Assembly: GCA_951813565.1 (NCBI GenBank)
Contig: OX638351.1
Location: 4,320,001 to 4,384,000, forward strand
Reading direction: 5' to 3'
Source of the DNA: an uncultured Poribacteria bacterium
Lineage (GTDB): Bacteria; Poribacteria; WGA-4E; WGA-3G
Length of the DNA stretch: 64,000 bases
Position 1 is the stretch's first letter; each line of letters opens with the position of its first letter. The notes beneath the pieces were generated by a model that saw nothing but the letters and a program-made list of their open reading frames with translations, did no database searches and was not told the origin of the DNA. Both the position numbers and the translations under genes were made by a program. Positions 1 through 8,594 of this stretch are shown one piece after another.

Positions 1-341
1 TGGCGGGGTTTGATTTTCGGTCTACCGACTTTACGCGTTGTTTTGCCCGCTTTTCGGTCTTCGATATTCTCAAAGAAAGCGTCTTGAGATTTACCATAAC
101 GCAGCACAACGTCTTGCACAACTTGGCTCGGCAAGGCTGCCCAATGCGGTTTTGTCCGCTTTTTGAGTTTCGCAACATGTGCGTTTATATGATACGCGGA
201 TAGGTTCTTTCCAAATATACGGTAATACCTACGAGCCAATAGCATGATATGCACGTGGATTTCCCACATATCGTCAAGCATGTTGCCGAGTTTGATTGTG
301 TTAGATTGATTTTGAAGTTTGAACTTGTCCGCTTTTCTCAT
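1..341 (-). CDS. tnpB: TnpB RNA-guided endonuclease, N-terminal part (truncated by window edge)
   Basis: Manual translation MRKADKFKLQNQSNTIKLGNMLDDMWEIHVH... closely matches the 370-aa TnpB copies. Confidence 0.93.
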   Translation of the reverse strand, partial: MRKADKFKLQNQSNTIKLGNMLDDMWEIHVHIMLLARRYYRIFGKNLSAYHINAHVAKLKKRTKPHWAALPSQVVQDVVLRYGKSQDAFFENIEDRKAGKTTRKVGRPKIKPR

Positions 342-756
342 TGTCCGCTTTGACCTTCAATATAGTCTTTTTCACTTGAAGTGTTACACCACCACAGGAA
401 CTCACAAACTTGCTCCGTGTCCAAAGAGAGGGCAAACGACTTTTCAAACTTGGGTATTCTTCACGTAAAACTTTAGCCGTATAGCCTTTGATTTTTCCAA
501 CGATTTTATCAATAGAATGCATTGGTGGGATTTCTATGAGCAAATGGACATGTTCAGGTTGTGTTTCAACCTCACGGATTTGATACTCATACGCGTCTTG
601 TTTTTCTTCTATGAGTTGTTTCAGTCTACCTTGTATTTGTGTCTCTAAAACCTTACGCCTATACTTCGTACACCAGATAACGTGATATTGGCAACTATAG
701 ACTGTTTTGTTCGTAGTGCGATAATTACGCTTTTTATTTGAGATTTTGAGTGGCAT
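338..756 (-). pseudogene. tnpA: IS200-type Y1 HUH transposase TnpA, frameshifted just before the catalytic Tyr helix
   Basis: YHVIWCTKYRR, HUH motif EHVHLL and LWTRSKF are present. KDYIEGQSGQ* lies in another frame after GTG AAA AAG; the derivative copies have GTG ATA AAA GAC TAT ATT GAA. Confidence 0.85.
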
Positions 757-789
757 AATATCTTACCTTTCTATAATAGCGTATAGTAT

Positions 790-818
790 ATTATACCACA
801 TTGTGATTAGATTGTCAA
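790..818 (-). promoter_or_regulatory. sigma70-type promoter of the IS605 element
   Basis: TTGACA-17nt-TATAAT with TG extension on the minus strand upstream of tnpA. Confidence 0.75.
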
Positions 819-942
819 GTTTATTTTTGCTACCAACCACTTAGCCGTCTACATCCCACAAGCTAAAGCATGGGGATTTGACGGGGGAGTGTTAAATGAG
901 GGGTGTGCATAAATAATTCAATGTCAAATATATGCTTAAAAG

Positions 943-1008
943 TAGTAGGCACGCGCCGCTTGCCGTCCGCAAGCGAAGAGGTTACGGTACACGGCGTGTG
1001 CCTACTAC
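943..1008. repeat. GTAG-type REP-like long palindrome
   Basis: GTAGTAGGCACGCGCCG...CGGCGTGTGCCTACTAC. Confidence 0.7.
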
Positions 1009-1109
1009 ATTGCATCGCACATCAGCGAAACACAACATTCTATTGAAATCCTTTATTGAACTCACGTTACTTTAGTAAGATATAGGAATATAGAATTTGG
1101 TGGAAATGG

Positions 1110-1134
1110 AAAAGGCGGATATGGAATCCGCCTT
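1110..1134 (-). terminator. Intrinsic terminator for the 1153-2289 gene
   Basis: AAGGCGGAT-loop-ATCCGCCTT followed by T-run on the minus strand, just after the stop codon. Confidence 0.6.
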
Positions 1135-1152
1135 GTGAGGTGAAACAGATTC

Positions 1153-2289
1153 TTATTTCTGTTTCGGGTAAGCAGTATCAAGCGAGAGAATTGCATAACT
1201 GGTTGCTAACACAGGGAGTGCTTCCATCCAGCGGCTGTTCTCATTTATCCAGAATCCTTCAGGTTTTTGGACCTCAAGTAATTTTTCAGCAAGTTCTTGG
1301 TACCAATCGTGTGAAACGCCCTTTGCGTCAATAATGATTGCTTTTCCGTATAGACGCAACGCTTTTGCCATCGTATGATAGTTATAGTATAGACCTTGGG
1401 CACCCATGCCGTAGTTTTCTTCAACCGTGAAGTGTTTTCCTATCCACTGAACAGCAGATTTCACGCGTTCGTCATTTTTATCAATTTTTGCGTAGATAAA
1501 ACTCAACAACCCGGCATACGTCATACTGGCATAGGATCGCGGACTACCGGCTTCATCCTTACCTGCTTTACTTTCACCATCGGGGGAATAGATAAATCCA
1601 CCATCGTTACCTGCCCACTTCTGATCGTTACTCTCACTACGGTTTTGGGTACGTTCAAGAAATTTTATCGCTTTGTTCCAGACTTCATCATCATCAGAAC
1701 CGCTCTCTTTTAATGCCTGGATAGCAAGGTTAAGATTAGAAAGATCGTGGACAGATTCGCGGCTTCCGTAGCCGATACCACCGTAATATACGCTTTCTTC
1801 ATCTTGAATTTGGAGACTTTTTATAAAACCTTGTGCTTTTTTGATAACGTCTTCATATTTCTTTGGGTTGTCGGTTGAAGAAAGTGCCATCACAGATATA
1901 GAAGTAGTGTAATTGGGTAGTGCGGGTTGCTTGCTCACATCGTAAATAGCACCATTCTCATGTTGCATTTCAATTAACCGCTGGATCGCTTTCTGAATAA
2001 ACGGATGTTTTTCATCTGAATATTTTTTCTGCGGATGCCGCAAGAAAGCCGTAATTGCAAGGGCGGTTATTCCAGGATGCCCTTCTCCAGGACTACCCTC
2101 AAAGAGTCCATCTTCTCTTTGCTGTGTCTTTAGCCACCCTAATCCTTTGTCAATACTTGCGATGACGCGTTTGTTTAATTCGTCATATTTAGTTGCATCT
2201 GTTACGTGGTTTGGGTGTGCGCTGATGTGGACGGTGATACTGCCCATAATCAACACCAACATTAACCCAATCATGTTTTTCATTTTCAT
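1153..2289 (-). CDS. Secreted prenyltransferase/squalene-oxidase repeat (terpene-cyclase-like alpha-barrel) protein
   Basis: Signal peptide; QW-like repeats (WLKTQQREDGLF, LIEMQHENGAI, LLEVQKPEGFW); AGGAG RBS. Confidence 0.75.
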   Translation of the reverse strand: MKMKNMIGLMLVLIMGSITVHISAHPNHVTDATKYDELNKRVIASIDKGLGWLKTQQREDGLFEGSPGEGHPGITALAITAFLRHPQKKYSDEKHPFIQKAIQRLIEMQHENGAIYDVSKQPALPNYTTSISVMALSSTDNPKKYEDVIKKAQGFIKSLQIQDEESVYYGGIGYGSRESVHDLSNLNLAIQALKESGSDDDEVWNKAIKFLERTQNRSESNDQKWAGNDGGFIYSPDGESKAGKDEAGSPRSYASMTYAGLLSFIYAKIDKNDERVKSAVQWIGKHFTVEENYGMGAQGLYYNYHTMAKALRLYGKAIIIDAKGVSHDWYQELAEKLLEVQKPEGFWINENSRWMEALPVLATSYAILSLDTAYPKQK

Positions 2290-2311
2290 CTTTTTCTCCT
2301 AAAAAGTTGTT

Positions 2312-2493
2312 TATAGTAGATTTTCAAATAATGACACACTTTCACTCGGCGCGTTGACAAAGCACCTATTGCTTTTACTATAAAGTCGCGACCAGGAGGT
2401 CGCTCCTACAGGAAGAAAGAGGCGCAATAAATTGCGCGACTACAAACGCAGTAATTGAAAAGAAATGTCTACTTATTCTTATATTTTACTATA
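2312..2493. mobile_element. MITE-like element with TATAGT ends, carrying REP hairpins
   Basis: TATAGTAGATTTTCAAATAAT...TTATTCTTATATTTTACTATA; related ends at 5057, 32701 and 56578. Confidence 0.5.
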
Positions 2494-2805
2494 ACCTAAG
2501 TTGCTACGGACAAGATTTCAAGTTAGCAAACACTGCTTTTTACTGAAAAAACAAGGCTTTTTCGCTGATTCTTATGTTTTTTGTTCTAAAATCCAAATCA
2601 ACACCAAATGCGCGTTTGGCATTTGGCGGGGTTAGAAACCCCTCCTACAAGAGCATTTGCGAAATAGGTGGCATAATCTGTTAGATTGTGCTTGTGAAGG
2701 CGCAAACTGACAGTTTGCGCTACGAAATCTTGCAAAAATGCATAATTCTCTATAAAACATGTTGTCTGCATGTCTAAAATCTTGTCCGTAGCAACTTGGG
2801 TTATA
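2490..2805. mobile_element. MITE with ~29-bp TIR TATAACCYAAGTTGCTACGGACAAGATTT
   Basis: Near-perfect terminal inverted repeats, no ORF; same ends at 32542-33047. Confidence 0.8.
2594..2627 (+). repeat. 34-nt hairpin micro-insertion unit
   Basis: CAAATCAACACCAAATGCGCGTTTGGCATTTGGC; absent from the homologous MITE segment at ~32590-32605. Confidence 0.75.
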
Positions 2806-2971
2806 GTAATGTTTAAGCAAATATGATGCCAAGACTAAACGCGTGTGGTAGTTCTAATTCACGGAAATTATACAGAAATTGGTTAAAATATGAACACTGC
2901 TGTCAATAATTTGAACAATTTGGAATGTAGAGTATACACTAAAATCAAATGTTAGAAACAAAATGTCTTAT

Positions 2972-4057
2972 TTATCCTATTTTCACCGTCTGTCCCGTTT
3001 CCGCGGATTGCATCGCTGCATCATACACCTGCATAACTTTACGCATTTCTTCAGGTTTAACGACCAATTCCGCACCTTTGTTTAGCACATCCGCAATGTT
3101 CTGATAGTAAGATTTCCATGTGCCGCGCACACTCTCAATAACAAGTTCACGATTTTCGCCACCAGCCGCTGTCCAGACTTTCGCATAGTTCGCGGGGTCC
3201 TGTTCAGCTGCATCAATGTTACCATCACGCATTGGTCCTTCCTGTGGATCCAAACCGTATTTGATTAAACCGCCTTCATCACCCACAACATACCAACGCG
3301 GTTTTTCCGCTTTAGAAAGGTTGCCAATCTCAATTTGATACCGCACATCGTTCTGAAACTTAATGATAAGGTTCGCATAGTTACCAATATCGGTATCCCA
3401 TTTTGTATTGTAGTGAATATCACAAAAGACTGATTCAACGGGTGCCTCTCCAAATTGCAGTGCCTGATCCACGAAGTGTGCAGGCCAATCGTAAAGGATA
3501 CCCCCACTTTGACTTTTAACGCCTCGCCATCCACCGGGTGCCCCGTAACGCATAATCGCTACTTGAAAAAGGTAGGGTGTTCCCAACAAACCATCGGCGA
3601 TAACCTTTTTGACGGTGAGATAATCCCAATCCCATCGCCTGTTGTGAAAAACGCTGAGCATGACGTTGTTGCGTTCACTTGCAGCAATCATCGCATCTGC
3701 TTCAGCGGTGTTCATCGCCATGATTTTGTCTGTGACGAGGTTTTTTCCAGCATCCATCGCTTTAATAGCCAATTCTGCATGTGTATCGTGCGGTGTGGCT
3801 AAAACAACGAGGTCAACGTTATCATCAGCAATAACTTCATCTATTGTTTGATAGATTTGTGCTTTTGGATAAGCTTCGCGTGCGGTTTCACGACGTTCGT
3901 CATTCCGCGTTGCAATCGCATATAGATTTAACCCATCTGCTAAACCTACAAGATAGGAATGAAATGCCCGTCCGGCATATCCATAACCAATAACAGCGGT
4001 ATTTATCATATTATTTCTGCGTCGGCTTCCGAGGATAACCAACATTTCCCCTTTCAT
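2972..4057 (-). CDS. Gfo/Idh/MocA-family oxidoreductase (start possibly 4009)
   Basis: AVIGYGYAG Rossmann motif, ATPHDTH, DKIMA, VFHNRRWD, GGILYDW. Confidence 0.9.
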   Translation of the reverse strand: MKGEMLVILGSRRRNNMINTAVIGYGYAGRAFHSYLVGLADGLNLYAIATRNDERRETAREAYPKAQIYQTIDEVIADDNVDLVVLATPHDTHAELAIKAMDAGKNLVTDKIMAMNTAEADAMIAASERNNVMLSVFHNRRWDWDYLTVKKVIADGLLGTPYLFQVAIMRYGAPGGWRGVKSQSGGILYDWPAHFVDQALQFGEAPVESVFCDIHYNTKWDTDIGNYANLIIKFQNDVRYQIEIGNLSKAEKPRWYVVGDEGGLIKYGLDPQEGPMRDGNIDAAEQDPANYAKVWTAAGGENRELVIESVRGTWKSYYQNIADVLNKGAELVVKPEEMRKVMQVYDAAMQSAETGQTVKIG

Positions 4058-4848
4058 TTTTTATCGTTCAGTGTCCAATCGTAGCCTAAATAGTGAAACT
4101 TGACATCTTTCGCTAACACAAAATCCGCGTCTTCAGAAGGTAGGTAATCGGCGAGAAAATCTGGGACACCATCGTAGCCTTCCGTAAAATCTTTCTTATA
4201 CCATTTGAAGATTTTTGAAAGATAGACTCGGCGTTTCACTCTGTCTAATCGAACCTTCTCTGGATCGGTAACAAATTTGAGTGTAACAGCATCCAATTGC
4301 TCCTCAATTGTTTCAGGTAAATATACGATGTTTTCTAAAGGTGGGCAACTTTTTGACGCACATACGAGCGCAAAATGAACGCGCGGTTCAACAAATTCGG
4401 TGCGGATGATGTCGTGTTCAATTTGATTGAGGGAGTATTTTTCGCCTGCTACCTGAAACTTTAGTCGTGAGAAGAACCCATTGAACCACTTCACCTTTTT
4501 CACACTCTTTGTCGGATAGTGGTCAATAACGCCTTTAATGATAAGTGCATTGTATGTATTTATCCAAAAAGCCAATTGGGTGTTGTAAGGCATTTCTGCT
4601 GGTTTTGCCACTGCCAACAGATCCAAATACTTTTCCAATTTCTCTGGGTTCGCTTTGAGTTTGGCGTAATCAACTTTTCCCTTATCAACGTGTTCTTGCA
4701 ACACCTGATTAAACAGGTCATGAGAAAAAGTTGTATCGGTCGCGTCCTGCGGCGTGCGCGAATCTGCTTCTACACGGAAGTGATATTGAAACAGGACACT
4801 GAGTATAGATAATAGCAATAGGCAGCCAATTAGGATACGGTTTTTCAT
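4054..4848 (-). CDS. DUF547 domain-containing secreted protein
   Basis: VDYAKLK, LAFWINTYNA, SLNQIEHDIIR, PRVHFALVCASKSCPPL, YDWTLN. Confidence 0.9.
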   Translation of the reverse strand: MKNRILIGCLLLLSILSVLFQYHFRVEADSRTPQDATDTTFSHDLFNQVLQEHVDKGKVDYAKLKANPEKLEKYLDLLAVAKPAEMPYNTQLAFWINTYNALIIKGVIDHYPTKSVKKVKWFNGFFSRLKFQVAGEKYSLNQIEHDIIRTEFVEPRVHFALVCASKSCPPLENIVYLPETIEEQLDAVTLKFVTDPEKVRLDRVKRRVYLSKIFKWYKKDFTEGYDGVPDFLADYLPSEDADFVLAKDVKFHYLGYDWTLNDKK

Positions 4849-4919
4849 TGTGCTGTGTCCTCACTTTAGTACCTATTTTAGCATATCTTTATATTTTTTG
4901 CAGGGAAAACGGTTGGTAT

Positions 4920-5038
4920 CAGGGTTATTTAGTGCAAATGTTGGGTTTCGCTCCGCTCTACCCAATGGACGATACTATTATAAAGAATTAATGCATGTGA
5001 TAAAATGCGTCAGAAATATAGAAAACTAAATAACCCTG
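4920..5038. mobile_element. MITE with TIR CAGGGTTATTTAG and 8-bp target-site duplication
   Basis: CAGGGTTATTTAGT...ACTAAATAACCCTG flanked by GTTGGTAT at 4912-4919 and 5039-5046. Confidence 0.8.
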
Positions 5039-5115
5039 GTTGGTATCAGGGTTATTTATGGTGGATTTTAGAATTAATTGGGCATTATTCGCCTGTCAAT
5101 GTCCCATTTAACATA

Positions 5116-5459
5116 CTGTAATTAAATGGAATATCAACAGAAAAAAGAATGTCCGAGGCGACAAGTCATGGCGAATACCACACAGTGAGTGCCTAAAGAC
5201 GAATGCGCCAAATCAAGAAATCAACGGTATGAATCATGGCGAATCATGTAGAATACCAAAAGCGTATTCTACCAAGCGCATTCGTCTTTAGTCATTCACC
5301 GGGTCCGAATGCCCTTTGGCATTCCCGTATGGCATTCGCCATGATTCATACCGTTGATTTGGCGTATTCGCCCAAGTGCGCTTGGCGTTGATTTGGCAAT
5401 GAATTGCGCGACTACCAACGCGTTTTTGTTAATGAGAAGTTATTATTTAGAAATGGTAT
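5116..5459. repeat. Copy of the 19686-19823 MITE body with a ~240-bp nested hairpin stack inserted
   Basis: Flanks match 19716-19823; the insert lies between GAGGCG and CAATGAATTGCGCG. Confidence 0.7.
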
Positions 5460-5940
5460 TAGAAATCGCGCCTACCTTAAAAAGTTACCATTTGGTAACT
5501 TTTTTCATACCGTGGTAACTTTTTGAAATTCGGTATAAACCCAGTATCTGTATGGGTTTATAGGTGTTTTTCTCGTTTTCAATAAATTTCAATTTTTCAT
5601 TTCTCATCTGTATTGAAGATTCACGGTTTTTTCTTGTGTTCTGCAGGTTTATGGTCTGGGTATCTCTGTGTTTCGGGGATCGGTTTTGTTTTTTCATACT
5701 TATATTATGCCTCATAGTGGCGTGTGATTAGAAGTTTTTGTAGTTTTTGGAACAATATATATCCAATATATTTCCAATAAGTTTGCAGGAAAAGAGGAAA
5801 ATGCCTAAAGCAATTTATTTTCTACAATGAATTCACTGTAAAAACACAATTCATGAATAACTTATGCTCAAAGGTCAACAAAAATTTAAATTTAACGTTT
5901 TAAAGCGCATAACACACCAAAACAGGAGTTATCGCGTTGT

Positions 5941-8589
5941 ATGAAAGTCCGTTTACTTTTAATTTTGTTATTGTTGGCTATCACACCTTTACCAATTTTA
6001 GCACAAACAGGAAATGTTGAAGGCACTATCTATCAGCGAAGTACAGGGGAACCGCTTGAAGGCGCAGATGTTCACATCCTCGAAACAGATCAACACCAAA
6101 AAACTGATGCAAATGGAAAGTTTCGGTTCACCGGAATTTCTATAGGCACTTATACCCTATCCGTGTCTCACCCAAATTTCAACACACCTGAAAAGACGAT
6201 AATTGAAATGAGTGCAAACAAAACGATTCAAGGCAAAATCTACCTTGGACCAGCGTTTCAATTGGAAAAAGATACTGCAACAGGCGATATTGAAGGCACT
6301 GTCTATGATCGTGATACCGGTGCGTTATTAGCAGGCGCAGAAGTTAACATTGTGGAAACCGAGCAACGTCAGGAGACCAAAAGGGATGGAAAATTCCGAT
6401 TCACCGACATCACTCCTGGAACTTATACTATCTCAATAAAACATCTCGCTTTCGACACACCAACGGAAACCAAGGTGGAAATCAAAGCGGGCGGGACAAC
6501 CCAAGTCAAAATATATTTGGGACCGGTTTTCAAACTTGAAACAGTTATTGTAAAAGGAAAACGAATCCCACCAACTATCAGTCGAAAAGAGATACGCGGA
6601 TCAGAAATAAGACGTATCACAGGTACCGGTGGTGATGCCCTTAAAGCATTGACAACGCTTCCGAGCATAGGTATTCCTAACGATGTTTTTGGTATTCTCT
6701 ATATTCGTGGCAGTGAACCGGGGTCTACACGCTACTATTTTGATCGGGTACCGTTGGGATATCCGTTTCATTTTGGCGGGATTTTCTCAACAATTTATTC
6801 GGGTGCCATTGATGATATTCACATTTACGCGGGCGGCTACGGTGCGGAATTCGGCTTGGATTCGCAATCGGTTATTGATATACATTCACCAGATTGGATA
6901 GAGAAAAAGAGGGCTGGTGTTCTTGATATTAACATTTTATATCCGCAAGTTTACATTCAAACCAAGATTGGTCAGAAAGGGTATGCTTCCGCTGCTCTCC
7001 GACGCGACCTCTCTGGTCTCATCTTTAACCGCTTTTTTAACTTTACACTTCCGCGCTTTTCTGATTATCAACTCAAGTTTGTTTATGCATTCACTGATAA
7101 CCATACCTTAACACTCAACACTTTGGGTGCGACAGATCATTTTGATTTCTCTAATTTTATATTTGATGACACAGAGGAAGACAGTAACTTTTCTGCCTAT
7201 TACAAAAACGGGTTTGAAGGAGCAGGCATTCATCTGCGTTCAGAGTTTGCAGATAGATTCACATCTCACATGTCCCTAACGCGTTCTTTTAACTTCCTCA
7301 ATATGCAGTTTGGCACTCCTTTTGATACTGATGAAAGCCCAACGCGAGAAGGAGTATTCACAGATACAAAGACGAGGGTTCCTGCATATCAACTTCGGAC
7401 AGATATTGCCTATGAAATAACAGACAATTTCCAGTTTGAGCCAGGTTTTCTCTTATCCTACAGTCCAGCTGACAGTTCTTCTTATTCCACCCGCGCATTC
7501 GTGGACGAAGATTCTGATGATGGCGAACTGGTTGGGAGTAGGTCGCTTGACGAATTTAGTTACCCGTTTCGCCGTGCTGAGGGTTATCTGCAGGGACGGT
7601 ATGACCCGTTTTCATTTTTATCACTCGCGCTTGGCGTACGGTTCGACTATCTCAATATGACAAACGAACTCTCAACGCAGCCAAGAGCAAGCATGAGTGT
7701 CAAACTGCCTATCGGTACTGACGTCCGTTTCGCCTATGGTCAATACGAGCAAAGTCCTTTAGCATATCAGGTACTAAAGGATGGAGGAAATCGATCACTG
7801 AAATCCAGTGTAGCACAGCATTATATTATGGAATTGGAACACAACTTATCCCCGCATACAGAATTGAAGTTTGCCACCTATTATAAAGACTTGCAGAAAT
7901 TGGTTTCACGAAACATTGACTTTGATGCGCTTATTGCCTCCCTTGAAGATGCAACTGTAGCTGTTCCTTCTTTTGATTATTTCAACCAAGGCGACGGTTT
8001 CGTGAGTGGCGTAGAGGCTTTCTTGCGGCATCGAATCGAGGATAGGTTCTTCGGCTGGGTTTCATACGCATATACACATTCAGAACGGCGCAACCATCCC
8101 AACGATGCCTACAAACCTTATCTATTTGATCATAGCCATATTGTGAGCATTGTTGCAAACTATAACCTCAGTCATAATTCCGAACTCGGTATGAAATGGC
8201 AGTTTTTAAGCGGAACGTCTGCAGCACCAATAGGTGCACTGTTCCAAATCCAAGACCCTGTGACGCTTGGTATGAACAAGATTATCTCCGATAACCTGGG
8301 AGCTATTCTTGAGGCTGAATTACCTCCCTACCACCGATTAGATTTAAGGTGGAGCCGCAAGAGTCGGTATTTTGGTTTGCCTGTCACCGAATTTATAGAA
8401 ATATGGAATGCGTATTTCTTTTTGCACCAAAACAGTATGAGGTTAGGCGTTTCCAATCAGGTTTTAGATGTCATTGAAAATATTGCGCCTGAAGATTTGC
8501 CCGAAGATTTTGATCCAGCAACATTGGAGTCTATTAAAGTCCCACAAATCCCCTTTTTATTTACTGTCGGCGTTACCTATGAATTTTAG
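5941..8589 (+). CDS. TonB-dependent receptor with two N-terminal carboxypeptidase-regulatory-like domains
   Basis: Signal peptide; duplicated GxIEGTVY...LAGAEV...TYTxSI domain; plug LYIRGS; C-terminal YEF. Confidence 0.9.
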   Translation: MKVRLLLILLLLAITPLPILAQTGNVEGTIYQRSTGEPLEGADVHILETDQHQKTDANGKFRFTGISIGTYTLSVSHPNFNTPEKTIIEMSANKTIQGKIYLGPAFQLEKDTATGDIEGTVYDRDTGALLAGAEVNIVETEQRQETKRDGKFRFTDITPGTYTISIKHLAFDTPTETKVEIKAGGTTQVKIYLGPVFKLETVIVKGKRIPPTISRKEIRGSEIRRITGTGGDALKALTTLPSIGIPNDVFGILYIRGSEPGSTRYYFDRVPLGYPFHFGGIFSTIYSGAIDDIHIYAGGYGAEFGLDSQSVIDIHSPDWIEKKRAGVLDINILYPQVYIQTKIGQKGYASAALRRDLSGLIFNRFFNFTLPRFSDYQLKFVYAFTDNHTLTLNTLGATDHFDFSNFIFDDTEEDSNFSAYYKNGFEGAGIHLRSEFADRFTSHMSLTRSFNFLNMQFGTPFDTDESPTREGVFTDTKTRVPAYQLRTDIAYEITDNFQFEPGFLLSYSPADSSSYSTRAFVDEDSDDGELVGSRSLDEFSYPFRRAEGYLQGRYDPFSFLSLALGVRFDYLNMTNELSTQPRASMSVKLPIGTDVRFAYGQYEQSPLAYQVLKDGGNRSLKSSVAQHYIMELEHNLSPHTELKFATYYKDLQKLVSRNIDFDALIASLEDATVAVPSFDYFNQGDGFVSGVEAFLRHRIEDRFFGWVSYAYTHSERRNHPNDAYKPYLFDHSHIVSIVANYNLSHNSELGMKWQFLSGTSAAPIGALFQIQDPVTLGMNKIISDNLGAILEAELPPYHRLDLRWSRKSRYFGLPVTEFIEIWNAYFFLHQNSMRLGVSNQVLDVIENIAPEDLPEDFDPATLESIKVPQIPFLFTVGVTYEF

Positions 8590-8594
8590 TTTAG

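Larger units (their letters stand above)
1..891 (-). mobile_element. IS200/IS605-family element (tnpA+tnpB), left part; runs off the window start
   Basis: On the minus strand the left end reads TTAA|CACTCCCCCGTC-AAAT-CCCCATGCTTTAGCTTGTGGG (IS608-like hairpin), followed by tnpA and an overlapping tnpB; homologous to the three tnpB-only copies. Confidence 0.93.

Noticed and set aside
1153..2289. Bona fide squalene-hopene cyclase
   Set aside because: Single-domain size, a signal peptide and no DXDD motif
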